A stretch of 64,000 bases of DNA from Vermamoeba vermiformis (GCA_045837725.1 JBEWZL010000202.1:186001-250000), one strand, 5' to 3'; shown: positions 26,335 to 38,743, counted from the stretch's first letter. The notes: generated from the letters alone by a model not told the origin. A program made the numbers and translations.

Positions 26335-27812
26335 TTACACTCGCATAGATTTAAAAATAAAAGCAACGCCGAAGTTTTCGGTGTTGTCAGACACAAAAGC
26401 TGTTAATGTCCATTTGTCTAGTCTGTACAGGTAAATTGTTTCTGCGCGTCGGGAAATTCCAAAAAAGAATCGTTTTAACTCTCGTGGATCAAATTTCATC
26501 GTCCCGTTGTTACAATTGTAGATCTTATCTTCACTCGTTAATTGTTCTAAGGACCGGTTAATACTGTCGTAATAGCTAGCCAAACTTTTGAAGTTTCCTT
26601 CTTGTGCTTGGGGATGGTATAACAAAAAATGGTATAAAGTTGGATAAGCCCGACATTGCAAGTTGCTTGCTTCTATGTTGCGGATCTTCCACGTTGTGCC
26701 CAAATAAGGATATTTCTTTGCAAATCTTTCTAAATATATCGAATTCCATTCTTTGCTAACCAATTTGACGAAATACGATTGAACGATTGGCAGTCGGTCG
26801 TAAATTTCTGTTTGAAGTTCAACTGGCAGGTCCATAATTAAAAACGGTTCTGTATCATTAACCGAGTTATTTTGAGTCTGAATAGCTTCATCACCGTTCA
26901 ATCCATCGTTCGTTATATTTGGCAAGTACTTTTGCGCAAAAATTTCTCGTGTCAAACTATCAAAATCATGGAAAATGGCTTTAATATCGGCGTTTTTAGC
27001 GATATCAACTGGCCTATTTTTCTTTGATATTAATATTAGTAAATACTATTTGTCGCATAAACGATTGGCTACATTAACTGCTGTTCTAGCTTTCGGATTT
27101 GCTCCGCAGTATAACAATGAAACAACGGATGTAGCACTACCATTAAAGGAAGAATGGTGCAATGGGGTCTGATAGAAAGGATTAGGTCTAAGCGTAAATC
27201 GGTAGTTTAGATCCGGATCCAAGGATCAACTTTTGTGAATCTAGCGTGTCTGTACTTACCCAATTAGTATGATCTTTCACGTCGATACAAAGTTTCATAG
27301 CGTTTATCAAATAGTTCAGTACTTCAATATTGCCACTGCTAGCAGGAGTACGAATGATGTCCATCTGTAGATGCGTTAAAAAACGAACGAAAAATTATGA
27401 TTACATTAGAGAGAAATGAGTATACATAAATGCATATTAGTCAAATGCAACAAAGATTAGTCGCTATTAAGAAGAAGACTATTGTGGTGTGATTGTGATT
27501 TTATCGTCTCATAAATAAGACAACACCGCATTAATTAGCGACCTATTTTTTATATTAAATATGCTTTAGGACATTATTTAAATTCTAGGATCAGCTTGCT
27601 GCAAGGCTCACAGATTTAGAAAAAAATTTCAGAAACAGCTTGGATAATCTTGTACCTCAGAATATATTCGTGCATCATACCTTATTTTTAATAGAATTTA
27701 CAAGTTCCTCTCCGAATATCTGATGGACGCGATACAATTTAGTTGGTTGAGCTGATCTCAGAACTGAAATAGCCAAGTGATACAATCTGCCTTCTCTGTT
27801 TGATTCAGCCAT
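26335..27812 (-). CDS. Ankyrin-repeat plus internal F-box protein
   Basis: Exons give MAESNREG.., ASSGNIEVLNYL..DVKDHTNW-TPLHHSSFNGSATSVVSLLYCGANPKART (ANK). The last exon has IMDLPVELQTEIYDRL..LVSKEW (F-box). Confidence 0.75.
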
Positions 27813-27921
27813 ATGTTTAACGTTATTCGATCGTAACGAGATCTAGTGCTAACGTGCTCCAATAAATAAATTTAAATTCTGTTTTCACAAAAGTCTCAAA
27901 AGTTCCTTGGTTGTTATAACA

Positions 27922-30536
27922 ATGCAGGCAGTGGGCGTAAAACGAAAAAGAGAGGAACTAGATCAAGACCAACCGTTAAAAAAATCTAAAATAATGGTAA
28001 ATAAATTTACACTTAATTTCTAATATTACTGATGCTAATAACATAAGGGCTTCAATAAAATTCGAATTAAATTTAATATTAATTTTTGAATATTTTCGTT
28101 CGATTTACTTTTGAATTAGGATACTTTATGTGGCCTCCCTGACGATTGTTGGCAAATAATATGCGAATATTTATCGCTCGAATCAGCTTCAGTGCTCTAT
28201 TTTGCGTCAAAATCATTTAAACGAGTCCACGCTCTCTTTCTGGCGAGCTATTTCAATCGAGTTCATGGTACGTATATATGCTACATATTAAAGTAGTTAA
28301 TTAATCATAAATATTAATCTTTAATTAGGTTTACCAACGGATGTGGTTCCTTTTTTGCCTTCCTCTGTCGCGAGAGCTACTTCTAACATCGGTACGTGTT
28401 CTGCGATTATTTAGAGCTCTGTATAATAATCTAATATTGATAGATGTGACTTTACTACTCGAAAAATCAGTGTATTTGGCGTTATAATATTAAAATGCAA
28501 ATAGGTGTGCTATTACTCTTCGAAAAAGCAGTGTGTTTGGCTGAGACTAAGAATTACGTTGAGCTCGCTGAAACGTTGAAAAAACTCTTGTATCGAGCCG
28601 AAATGGTAGCCGTAACAAATTATGTCCGAACTATTGCACCGCAAAACTGCAGGGATTTGATCGATGAGAAGCATCTCAAGTCTGTTTGCTATTCAGGTAC
28701 GATTCTACCGGATCTCGCACAAATAACGTTGCTTATCGTTGTTGCAGATTTTTGTCGTAAAATTGAGAGTGTATGGGAAGATTCGGATAGTAATACGTGC
28801 AATACAACGCGTAAGTATTAAATTTTCAGTGACCTTGATTATATTTTCAAGATCTGAAGAGTATTATAATTTTACAACAAAATCGAAATTTGATGTATAT
28901 TAAGAGATAGTATTATCTATTAATATTAATGACTATTTTAAATGCGCAGAGAAATCAGCGTTTATTTGGATTGGTAAAGACCGCCGTTACATCGCCGTTA
29001 AATGCGAGTACCACGATTTATATACACATGGTGATGGACAAGGATGGTTGAACTTTAAAGTTACTGTCGTGTTGAAACAATTAGGAGTAGACAATAATAA
29101 TGAGACAGTTGTCTTTGAATTTAAGAAAGATCCAAAGAACACTGATGGGACTCATGAGATAAAGGAGTGCATTTTTGGTAACGACAAATACGAACAAAAG
29201 GAATACTTTAATGAGAAGGATATTCATAAAATAATGGATTGGCTAAAAGTGGATCTGATCGGCGAAAATTCGTCAAAAAATTTTATGGAGGTATTACTTA
29301 ATTTGGCTGTCAGTCAAAGGTCTACTCTGAGAAACGAAGATGAAAATCCTAAATTTGACGAATACGATGAGGATTATCTTGACGAAGAGCAGATCGACGA
29401 ATTGGCCGAAAAATACAACAATGAAATTAACTTAAATGGTGATATGGCGATGGAAATATCGAAGTTAATGCAATTCTACTTGAGTGGTGTTACTCCACAG
29501 GGATCAATATTTTCTTGGGCCTTTAAAGCACGATTTGTACTGAAAAGATTACTTCGAAAATTAGCGTTTATCCAATGCATCAACAACGTACGTAATAATT
29601 TCCAAATAGCTATGAAATTAGATTAAGTAGAGCTTAGATAGACGGGTACTAATAACGATGAATATTTAGCTTGCCAGAATTAGCTCCGATGACGCGAAAA
29701 ACGAATTGCGCGATTTATTCGCACGAGCAAGAATGGGAGGTAGGGTTATATCTCCATATATAATAGTGTTATTTTACTAATAGTAACCGATCAAAAGGTT
29801 GTTCAGCCAAATTTGCGCGTTTTGAAGTGCCGAAGACTCGCTACTCAAAGTTGAAGCCATGTTTCAGCAACAAACAATCCTTAGAGTTAATTTTGCATCC
29901 TAAACGTACGTATATAAGACATTAGAATCGTATATCCATTTTTGTTAAGCAAATTCGAATTGGGTGGTACGTTCGAAATCCGCGTGAAGCGTACAATCTC
30001 GGCCGATCTCCCGCTTTATCTTAATATGAAACCTTTACGGACATAACATGAACGTGATGTCATTGAGGGTCTCATATGGTACACTCTATATAACGAGTCT
30101 CACATGATAGTGGTGCGGAGCTGTGAGGACCGAGATTCGCCCCCTTCGGAGCGGATCAGGCAACAAAAAACAACACTAGCACCTAACTTTAATACTGTTC
30201 TTATTCTTATATTTAGCTGAAATGTCGTTCTCCTTCGGCATTGAATTTAGTTACGAAGGAAGCCCCGGAGATTTCTCATCGGAGTTCAGTGTGGGTCTGA
30301 GCATTCTGCCAGCAGGAACATGTCGGTCCTTCAATTTCGAGTCAGCAGTCCAGTGCAAAAAACGATTTTATCGTGACCAATTTAATGAATTGATCCAAGA
30401 AATGAATTTGCAGCATGCGACTGAAAACGATTGGCTGGAATTAATTTTGGCTTATATGGAGCCTCCAGGACCTGCCGACATGAAATTCGAAGCTGATTAT
30501 CATAATGATGAGGATGATAACGAAGATGAAGAATAG
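27922..30536 (+). CDS. F-box protein, tandem copy 1
   Basis: MQAVGVKRKRE.. (NLS-like) is spliced to LCGLPDDCWQIICEYLSLESASVLYFASKSF (F-box). Multi-exon, with an uncharacterised C-terminal region. Confidence 0.75.
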
Positions 30537-30790
30537 GGATATCGAGCCTGTACCACGACACCGTTGGTGTTGGGATCCAACCAGTACTTATCGTAATCTC
30601 TCTAATAAATCGGTGACTATAAATTTATCATATCGCTCAATCTACTATCAGTGGTAAAAACAAGGCCCATGCCCGATCGTTGGTGTCGGTCCTGAAAAAC
30701 GGTTTTATTGAAAACGGACGTCTGCATTTTTTTCGTGTAACGCTTAATTCCACATCCACAGCTGGTTCAATATTGAATATTCGTGTTTGC

Positions 30791-33488
30791 ACAAGCAGTA
30801 GGTGCAAAACGAAAGAAGAGGACTAGGAGAGGAACTAGATCAAGACCAACCGCAACAAAATCAAAAGAATGGTAAAATATTATGCAAATTATTTATTATC
30901 GCGCATCAATATAGTACAGATATTACTGAAGCGCAATTTAAAGGAGATGTTCAAAAGGAATTTAAAAATTATTTAAAAAAAAAAAAACTGAAGGGGGAAT
31001 GGGGAAAGGAAGAGGGAGGGGGGGGAGATGGGATGACAACCGGGCAAACAGAGACAAGCCAATGAGAGGAGAGGGAGAGGGGGACTGCGCTGAGAGGCTG
31101 ATAAGAGCAGCCAAGGCCCCCAGGGCCGCCCAGGGGGGGGTCCAGGAGGGTGCCCGAAGAGAGGGGGAGAATTGGAGGAAACAAAAAACAAAGGGGGAAG
31201 AAACAAAAATGGCCTCTTTTTTTAATACAACTTTAAATTAATTACTTATTCTCAGTTTTGAATTAGGATACGTTATTTGATCTTCCCAATGATTGCTGGC
31301 AAAATATATGTGAATATTTATCGCTCGAATCAGCTTCTGTGCTTTATTTTGTGTCAAAATCATTTAGACGACTCCACGCTCTCTTTATGGCGAGCTATTT
31401 CAATCGAGTTCATGGTATATATATATGCTACATATTAAGGTAGTTAATTAATCATTGGTATTAATTCTTAATCAGGTTTATCAACGGATGTGGTTCCTTT
31501 TTTGCCTGCCTCTGTCGCGAGAGCCACTTCAAGCATTGGTACGTGTTTTGATGCATTAAAACGCGTTATAATATTAAAATGCAAATAGGTGTGCTATTAC
31601 TCTTCGAAAAAGCAGTGTGTTTGGCTGAGACTAAGAATTACGTTGAGCTCGCTGAAACGTTGAAAAAACTCTTGTATCGAGCCGAAATGGTCGCCGTAAC
31701 AAATTACGTACAAAAGAATATGCCATATAATTTAATCGATAAGAGGCACCTGAAGTCAGTTTGTTACACAGGTAGCTGATCTGTAGTTTTCAGTGCAATA
31801 GATCGCTAACTTCAATCTCCGTTGCAGATTTTTGTTACAAAAATGAATATGTGTTGGATTATACAGACAGTTCTACTTGCAGCACGACGCGTAAGATACT
31901 TTCAACAAGTGCACTTGCTTGATTTTTTGTCTCGCTAGCTTGTAATTAACCGAAGTTAGTCCACCGAAAATATATTATCATGCCATAATTACTAATAATT
32001 AATACGACTATTGCTAATGATTATTTGGCTTAGAGAGATCAGAGTTTATTTGGGTCGGCAAAGACCGCCATTACATCGCCGTTAAATGCGAGCACCACGA
32101 CTTATATACACATGGTGATGGACAAGGATGGTTGAACTTTAAAGTTACGGTGGCGTTGAAACAATTAGGCGTAGACAATTATAACGAGACAATTGTCTTT
32201 CAATTTGAGAAGGATCCAAAGAATGACGATGGAACTCACGTAATAGATGAATGTATATTCTATAGCGATAGTTCTGAGGCCAAGGAATTCTTAATGAACG
32301 ATGATATTCGTAAAATAGTGGATTGGCTGAAAGTGGATCTGATCGGCGAAAATTCGTCGAAAAATTTTATGAAAGTGTTGCTTGGCTTAGCGGTCAGACA
32401 ATGGAGATACAGGGGAGAAGATAGCAATAAGATCAAGCCAGATGACTATAATGAGGATAATACATTTGCGGTTGTGGAGCGCGACGAGCAAGTCGAGAGA
32501 ATGGCCAAAAAATATTACGACGAGATTAAAGACTTGAATGGCAATATGGCACAAGAGATTGCAAGGTTAATGCAATTTTATTTGAGCGGAAGCAATCCTT
32601 GGAATCTTCAAAGTACAATTTGTACTGAAAAGAATACTTCGAAAATTGGCTTTCATTCAATGCATCAATAAGGTACGTAATTAATCTCGATTGTAAATAA
32701 CGATATAAGGCATATTTATGACATAATAATTTTGTTTTTCTGTTGTCCTAACGCTACTTTTGGTAGTCAAACTTTAGCTCCGATGAAGCGAGAAAAGAAT
32801 TGTTGGACTTATTTGGTCGGGCTTATTTCCTTAGTAAGTCGAATGACGTTATTTTAAAGTCACTACTCTTACTAAGTAAATTTTTTGGTTGCCAACAGTA
32901 TGCGATTTCGAAAATGTGCAGTTCGAGGTCCCAAAAACGTCATACCATAAAAAGAGGCTTTATTTTAGCAAAAAACAGAATGTGGGTGTTGTTTTGAAAC
33001 AAAGAGGTATGTATTGGTTGAGGAAATCATGTACTTTGTTTTTGGATCCAGTTTTATTTCGTTTAACAGTACACGTTCTATTCGATTGTTAAAGTAGTAT
33101 AGTATGTTTTAACTTATATTTTTTCATTACAAGTTTTCATTTATTAATGTGCAATATTATTATAACATACTACTACTTAGATAAAGATCCGGTGACAATG
33201 TATTTTGACGTTACATACGAAGGAAATCCGGGAGATTTCAATTCAAGTTTTGTGGTTCAAATCAGTTCTGTTGCAAAAAAAACTCGATCATTTTGGTTTT
33301 GCATCGATACATTCAAAAGCACATTTGCAGCTGAAGAGTCAATTAGAGAGCATCTGAATGGCATGAATTTGCAGCACGTGACGGAGAACGATTGGGCTGC
33401 ATTGTTTTTGGCTTATATGGAGCCTCCTAGTGCCGAGGAGATGCAAATTTACGTTGATTATGACATCCATGAAAATGACGAAAATTGA
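30791..33488 (+). pseudogene. F-box protein, tandem copy 2; apparently disrupted
   Basis: Exon-by-exon paralog of copy 1 (LFDLPNDCWQNICEYL). The ATG aligned with copy 1 is absent, and there is a +1 frameshift near 32602 (..FKVQFVLKRILRKLAFIQCINK lies in the shifted frame). Assembly error is an alternative explanation. Confidence 0.6.
30960..31230 (+). repeat. Purine/G-run-rich low-complexity tract in intron 1 of F-box copy 2
   Basis: Many G4-G9 and A runs; it has no counterpart in the ~120-nt intron 1 of copy 1. Confidence 0.6.
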
Positions 33489-33626
33489 GGTTCAGAATTC
33501 TAGTTTGCAGGAAAAAGCGTATTTCATTACGATGTCATACGTGCATCGCTACCAATAGTACTCCATCATGTAAAATAGATTAATTTCGAATAGAACTAAA
33601 TACTAATCACTAAGACGGGGCATTAA

Positions 33627-33989
33627 CTAGGGTTTATTGCGGGGGTCTCGCGGATGCTGAGGCAATTGGGCCTAGATCGCGAGCATAACCCCCCAATTAC
33701 TTGTACAAAATAATTAATAAACACCTGGTATTCGGTAATTACGTGGACGTCCTGTCTCCTAATAATAAAAAAGGAAAAAAGAAAAAATATCGTATAATAT
33801 TGGCTTGCGTGTATCAGCGCACCAATATTTGAACATACAAGGGACAATATCCCTGGATTTATCGCTGGCAAGGGATCTCGCTGATCTGGGATCTGTCGAC
33901 CTGTCAGTGTGAATCGTACGTCTGTTAGTTCCTTCGCACAGTTCCGCGCTTAATTCACCCTCGGTTAATTACACCTCAATTGCTTGGGA
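33627..33989 (-). mobile_element. Possible non-autonomous Helitron-like insertion
   Basis: On the minus strand a GC-rich hairpin (33636-33697) is followed shortly by CTAG|T, and there is a candidate A|TC 5' end at 33989. It sits where an ankyrin gene breaks off. Confidence 0.2.
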
Positions 33990-34045
33990 TATGTATCGTT
34001 CAATTTGACGAATGAAATCATTTTTTAACCAAATCCAATACTTAC

Positions 34046-34357
34046 GTTTCCTTTGTCATCTTTTACATTAATATCGATGCCCATGGTGACCACATGATTG
34101 AGAGCATCGGGGTCTCCACTATCAGCGGCGATTATAATCATCTCTGTCATCGTCTGAAATAAAATAATTAGCCACATCTGTCTTATTGAATGTTGTTTAT
34201 CTGACTAAATTATTATACTTGCCTGCTTGTCTTTTTTGATGGCGTTCGTAAGATCATCCTTATATATTTGTTGTAGGCTGCTAAATTGGGGAGGTTGATC
34301 TGATCGCAAAATGTTCGTTGCTAGTGCCAACATTTGTCTCGCTTTAAAATCGTCCAT
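34046..34357 (-). pseudogene. Truncated paralog of the ANK-F-box gene at 26335-27812 (first two exons only)
   Basis: MDDFKARQMLALATNILRSDQPPQFSSLQQIYKDDLTNAIKK / IIIRADSGDPDALNHVVTMGIDINVKDDKGN aligns by eye to LAISVLRSAQP..QIFGEELVNSIK / SSGNIEVLNYL..DVKD. No TPLH exon follows. Confidence 0.55.
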
Positions 34358-34569
34358 AGTAGTGATTAATACGGCGCGTTGATAATCCGTCAGAACTGGT
34401 GTTATCTTTCTCGATCCAAAAAATAAAAACGTGAAAAATTAAAAAATTAAAATTGCTGTTCTTCTGAAACACAACAGCGAGCAATTGAGTAGTATTGCGG
34501 GGCTCTAATGCAAGTCTTGTTATAATTCTATCGTCCATCACATATATTCCTCATGCGATAGCGTTTACA

Positions 34570-36661
34570 ATGAAACAGGTAAATCCATCCGAAAAAATAA
34601 TTCAATAATTAATTTATTGATAGACTACTTCTTGGAATTCTATATTTAGCGCTTTGGAGAAAAATGAACCGTTCCGTATCGATATGCAAGAGATTTTTTT
34701 CTGCATTCCGATCGGGATCGCAAATGAACATCTTTCCGAAGCTATTAGCAGCAGTAAATGGTTAAAAATAATAACAATTCAAGAAGATGATTTTGATGAG
34801 CGTGATTGGCAAATTCTAACTGCCGGAATAATTAATTACAAGAAGCTAGATCCTGAAAAATACCATTTTCAGCTCTGTTGCTCACGAATATCAAAACAAA
34901 ATATTAAGTATATCAACGATATTATAGAACGAAGTCAAGTGCGGCAGATTCGATTTCAAGACATTACGTTTGAAGATCCTTCAATTTTTGAAAGTTTCTG
35001 CGGCGCATTGCAAAGAAATGGTCCTCGCTTGTTGAGAGTTGAAATATCAACTAATAGTCTAACGAACGATCAAATAGAGCAATTAACAACCGTCTTAAGG
35101 GACGCTAATATCCCAATAGTTAATTTACAAAAATTTCAAGTAAGTCATTACGAGCGGATCCAATTGATCACTAACAAAAAAATTATAGATATCAATAGCA
35201 TCATCCATCGATGATATTGCAAATTTAACCTTGAACCAAAGAATTTTTACGATTGAGAATATGACAGCATTGAAAATTAAAAACGGTCCTTGTTCGGGCA
35301 TTGGATTATTAAACAAAGCAATTAGTTTATCAACATCACTAAAAAAGATCATAATTAAGCCAGATAAGTGTTCATTTAGCGATTTAAAATACCTCGTCAA
35401 ACCAATAGCCATGAACGGATCCATTCGCACGCTGCAATTCCATTTCAACAGTTATATGAACCAAAATGAAATTAAAAAATTCCTGGAAATTATTCCGCAT
35501 ATTTACAACACGGATCGGACAAGGAACTCAATTCAATTCAATATTGACGGTCCGTATCCCCTCTCACTATTCGTTTTTACGACCTTGGGCGAGATGCTCA
35601 ACAACTGCCATTCACTGAACCACGTGGATTGTCACGTGCGTTCTGATATGCACGATATCGCTGATACACTGATTAAGGCAACTAATTTGACAAGTTTGAC
35701 AGTCGACGCATCACAACGATTTGACACTGCAAATATAGCTCGGTTGGTTCGAGGAAATACAAATTTATCGAAATTGTCGTTTACTGGCGAAGGAGAGATT
35801 AACACCAATTTTGAAATCGAAAAATTAATGGAATTGTTCAAGATTGAAACGTTGACAGAATTGAATTTAAATGCAAGAAATATGTCGCGTACAGCGTGCG
35901 AACAAATAGAAGCTGCTATATATAACAATGAGACTATTAAGTCATTTTCGATATATTTCAATTTCCACAGATTCTTGAGCTTCGACAATCAACAGAGCAA
36001 TAACGATTTTTTTCACGAGATCTTACTTCGGAACAATACAATTACAGCGTTGGACGCCACACAAATATTCTTTCGAAATTCTGAGCATTATCAAATGTTT
36101 TTTGAAGGCCTGGCTCAAAATAGAACGCTACGCAGTTTATCTTGGAACTTTTCTTCGAACAAATTCCAATTTCAACAAATTACGACAGGATTAGCGAGAA
36201 ATAGTACGCTAACGCAATTACACCTTTTCGTTGGCAGCTACAGCACGGAGATATTATTCAGCGATAGTATGGTCGAGTTGTTCCGAGCCAGTGACAGCGT
36301 CAAAAAAATCATTTTCACAATCGTTGATTCTACCAAAGAGATGTTACTAGAGACATTATGGACTCACTGTAGAATTGCTTTATGGGAGAATAAAGCTTTA
36401 ACGGAGGTTCTAGCTTTCTCGCTGGCTAAAGAACAGTTGCCGTCAGATCCAAAAGTCGAGCAACTTTTACAACGAAACAAAGAGCAACAACAAGATAATA
36501 CTATGAACACGACATTATTTATCAAGCATATTGCGTCTAAGCCTGATGTGTACTTGTCGTTGTTGCCTCTAGAAGTGTGGTCAAACATTTTCAAATACGT
36601 TAAGTATCCTGGCATTCAAATTGACTTTAGTGAACTTGTAATGAACTATTGCGGTCAATAA
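34570..36661 (+). CDS. RNI-like leucine-rich repeat protein with a C-terminal F-box-like motif; 3 exons
   Basis: Repeated xxNxTLxxLxL units (NTNLSKLSF, NETIKSFSI, NNTITALDA, NRTLRSLSW, NSTLTQLHL, NKALTEV); terminal LSLLPLEVWSNIFKYV. Confidence 0.8.
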
Positions 36662-36724
36662 ATCATTTTTTAATGCTTGATTAACTTAAAGAAATAAACT
36701 CCTCCTTCAACCTGGTTTGAACGG

Positions 36725-38743
36725 ATGAGGATCGAGGAGCCTTTATTATCGATGATAGGAGGAAAAGTGCTGATTTTGCTATTGAAGGAAATCTCGTCGT
36801 TATTTTCATGCGTAATTTGAAAATAAGAAAGCACGTGCTAAGCTAAATTAAGCTGACGTAACCATTGGGAAAACAGAACGAACCTATTTTTGATAATGGA
36901 GAACACGTAGCATCGAAATTCAATAGTTCAATGTTTTACTTCTTCCTATTTTGCCAGACGATTTCGTTCTGGTGCGGATTCGCCACCTTTTGGATCTACC
37001 TGCACTGGAAGTACGTTTAAAGACCATTTAAAATTTTGCAAATATTCTCATAATATTATAATCAAGTAACAACGTCATATCATGGTATTCAGAAGGCTAA
37101 TTAAATTCTTTAGCGAATTAAAAAATGCGCCTCAAATTTTACTGCGCCACAACGAACAAGTGAAGCCTTATTTACCGTTCCTATTGCTCAATATACATCA
37201 CGTAGTACCCAATCTACCGCTATTAGTGCCGAGAATGGATAAACTCGTTCCTGCATTTCCCGTGTTAATGAAAGATCCGAAATCTGCACGTGTACTAATG
37301 AAGAATTTGAACAAAATGGCGCCACATATGGACCTATTAGTCGATAATATGGACAAGTTATTGCCGCATTTTGACAAGCTTCAGCCTCACTTGCAAATAC
37401 TTTTAGACAACGCAGATGTGCTCGTCCAAAATTTCGATCTGCTGATGAATAATATCGATCAGTTAGCACCACGAATGGACAAACTAGGTCCATATTTACC
37501 CATATTAATGAAGAATATGCCAAAGATGGCCCCGCACATGAACTCTATGATGAAAAATTTGGATGCGTTAGTATCACATCTGGATCAACTTGCACCGTTC
37601 ATGAACGATTTGATCGACAATATTGATATGCTAGCACCTCACTTGGACATGCTCTCGAGCTACATTGACGAGATGGCACCTCACATGTCACAACTAATGC
37701 CGCACATGAAGCAACTTTTGCCCTTGTTGCCCAGCTTGAAACCGCACATGAAAGTGCTCGTAGCGCAGATCGATCTGTTGGCACCAAAAATAGATGTGTT
37801 ATTGCCCAATATGGACATACTCTTGCCATATATGGACCCATTAATGCGAAACTTTAGCACTTTGTACCCGCACATTGACGAGCTTTTGGCACGAGTCGAT
37901 CAACTTAAACCTCACTTGCCTTTTTTGGTAAAGCACATCGATCAGCTCGCACCGCACATGGACGCCTTGTTGCCTTATATGGATCAGTTAGTGCCGATGA
38001 TACCGTTGTTAGAGCCTCACACTGACAAACTTTTGGCGCACATGAACGAGCTCAAGCCACACTTGCCGCAATTGATCCCGTTAATGCCTGACTTATTGCC
38101 TTATATGGACATACTCTTCGACAACATGGACGCACTCTTGCCTAAAATAGACCTTATCCTTCCCAAAGCAAAGCAACTATTGCCTTATTTGGGCCGGTTA
38201 AAGCCGTACCTCCCAGCACTCATCGAAAACGCTGACAAATTACTGCCGCACACCGACAAGCTTTTACCGCACGTGGATGCGTTAATAGGACACTTGCCTA
38301 TTATTCTCAAGTATAAGAAAGAAATTCTCGAACATGTGGATCCGCTCGTTGAACACATCGACATTTTGGTCCCATATTTGGACTACTTAACACCGCATTT
38401 GCCTTCTTTGATACCTCAACTCGAAGAAGTATTGCCAAATATAGCAGCATTAATTAATCAGTTCGGAAAAGCATTGCCATACACGCACGGTCTTTTGCCC
38501 GCTGCTGCAGGTCTTCTACCAGGGCTCGGAAAATTAGCGGCAAAGATGCAGCAGCGCCAAGACAAGAAAAAAGAGAAAAAAGAAGAAGAGCAGCGCAAAG
38601 CCGAAGAGAAGAAAAAAGAAAAAGAGGCCAAGAAGAATACGCCAACTAACGAAAAGAAAACTAACAGCAGTCCTAAAAAGGAAAAAACCAGTGTTCTTCC
38701 GAGTACGTTCACTGAACCAATCGATGAGTACTCTAACATGTAA
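36725..38743 (+). CDS. Predicted membrane-anchored proline-heptad repeat protein of unknown function (5' exons inferred)
   Basis: 553-aa ORF at 37082-38743. An in-frame upstream exon encodes the TM-like MFYFFLFCQTISFWCGFATFWIYLHW, with a possible first exon from the ATG at 36725. The C-terminal tail is Lys/Glu-rich. Confidence 0.85.
37139..38533 (+). repeat. About 65 tandem 7-aa (21-nt) degenerate repeats, consensus L-h-P-[HYN]-[MLI]-D-x
   Basis: For example LLPYMDP LMRNFST LYPHIDE LLARVDQ LKPHLPF LVKHIDQ LAPHMDA LLPYMDQ. The register is broken only once, by a 3-aa insertion. Confidence 0.92.

Noticed and set aside
29975-29998. aaatccgcgtgaagcgtac resembling the 3' part of U6 snRNA
   Set aside because: No ACAGAGA box or U6 internal stem-loop nearby.
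30802-31241. Short Gly/Pro-rich ORFs over the G-rich tract
   Set aside because: Artefacts of low-complexity sequence inside an intron.
37139-38533. 21-nt periodicity as a CRISPR array or satellite
   Set aside because: There is no identical repeat-spacer structure; the periodicity is at the protein level.
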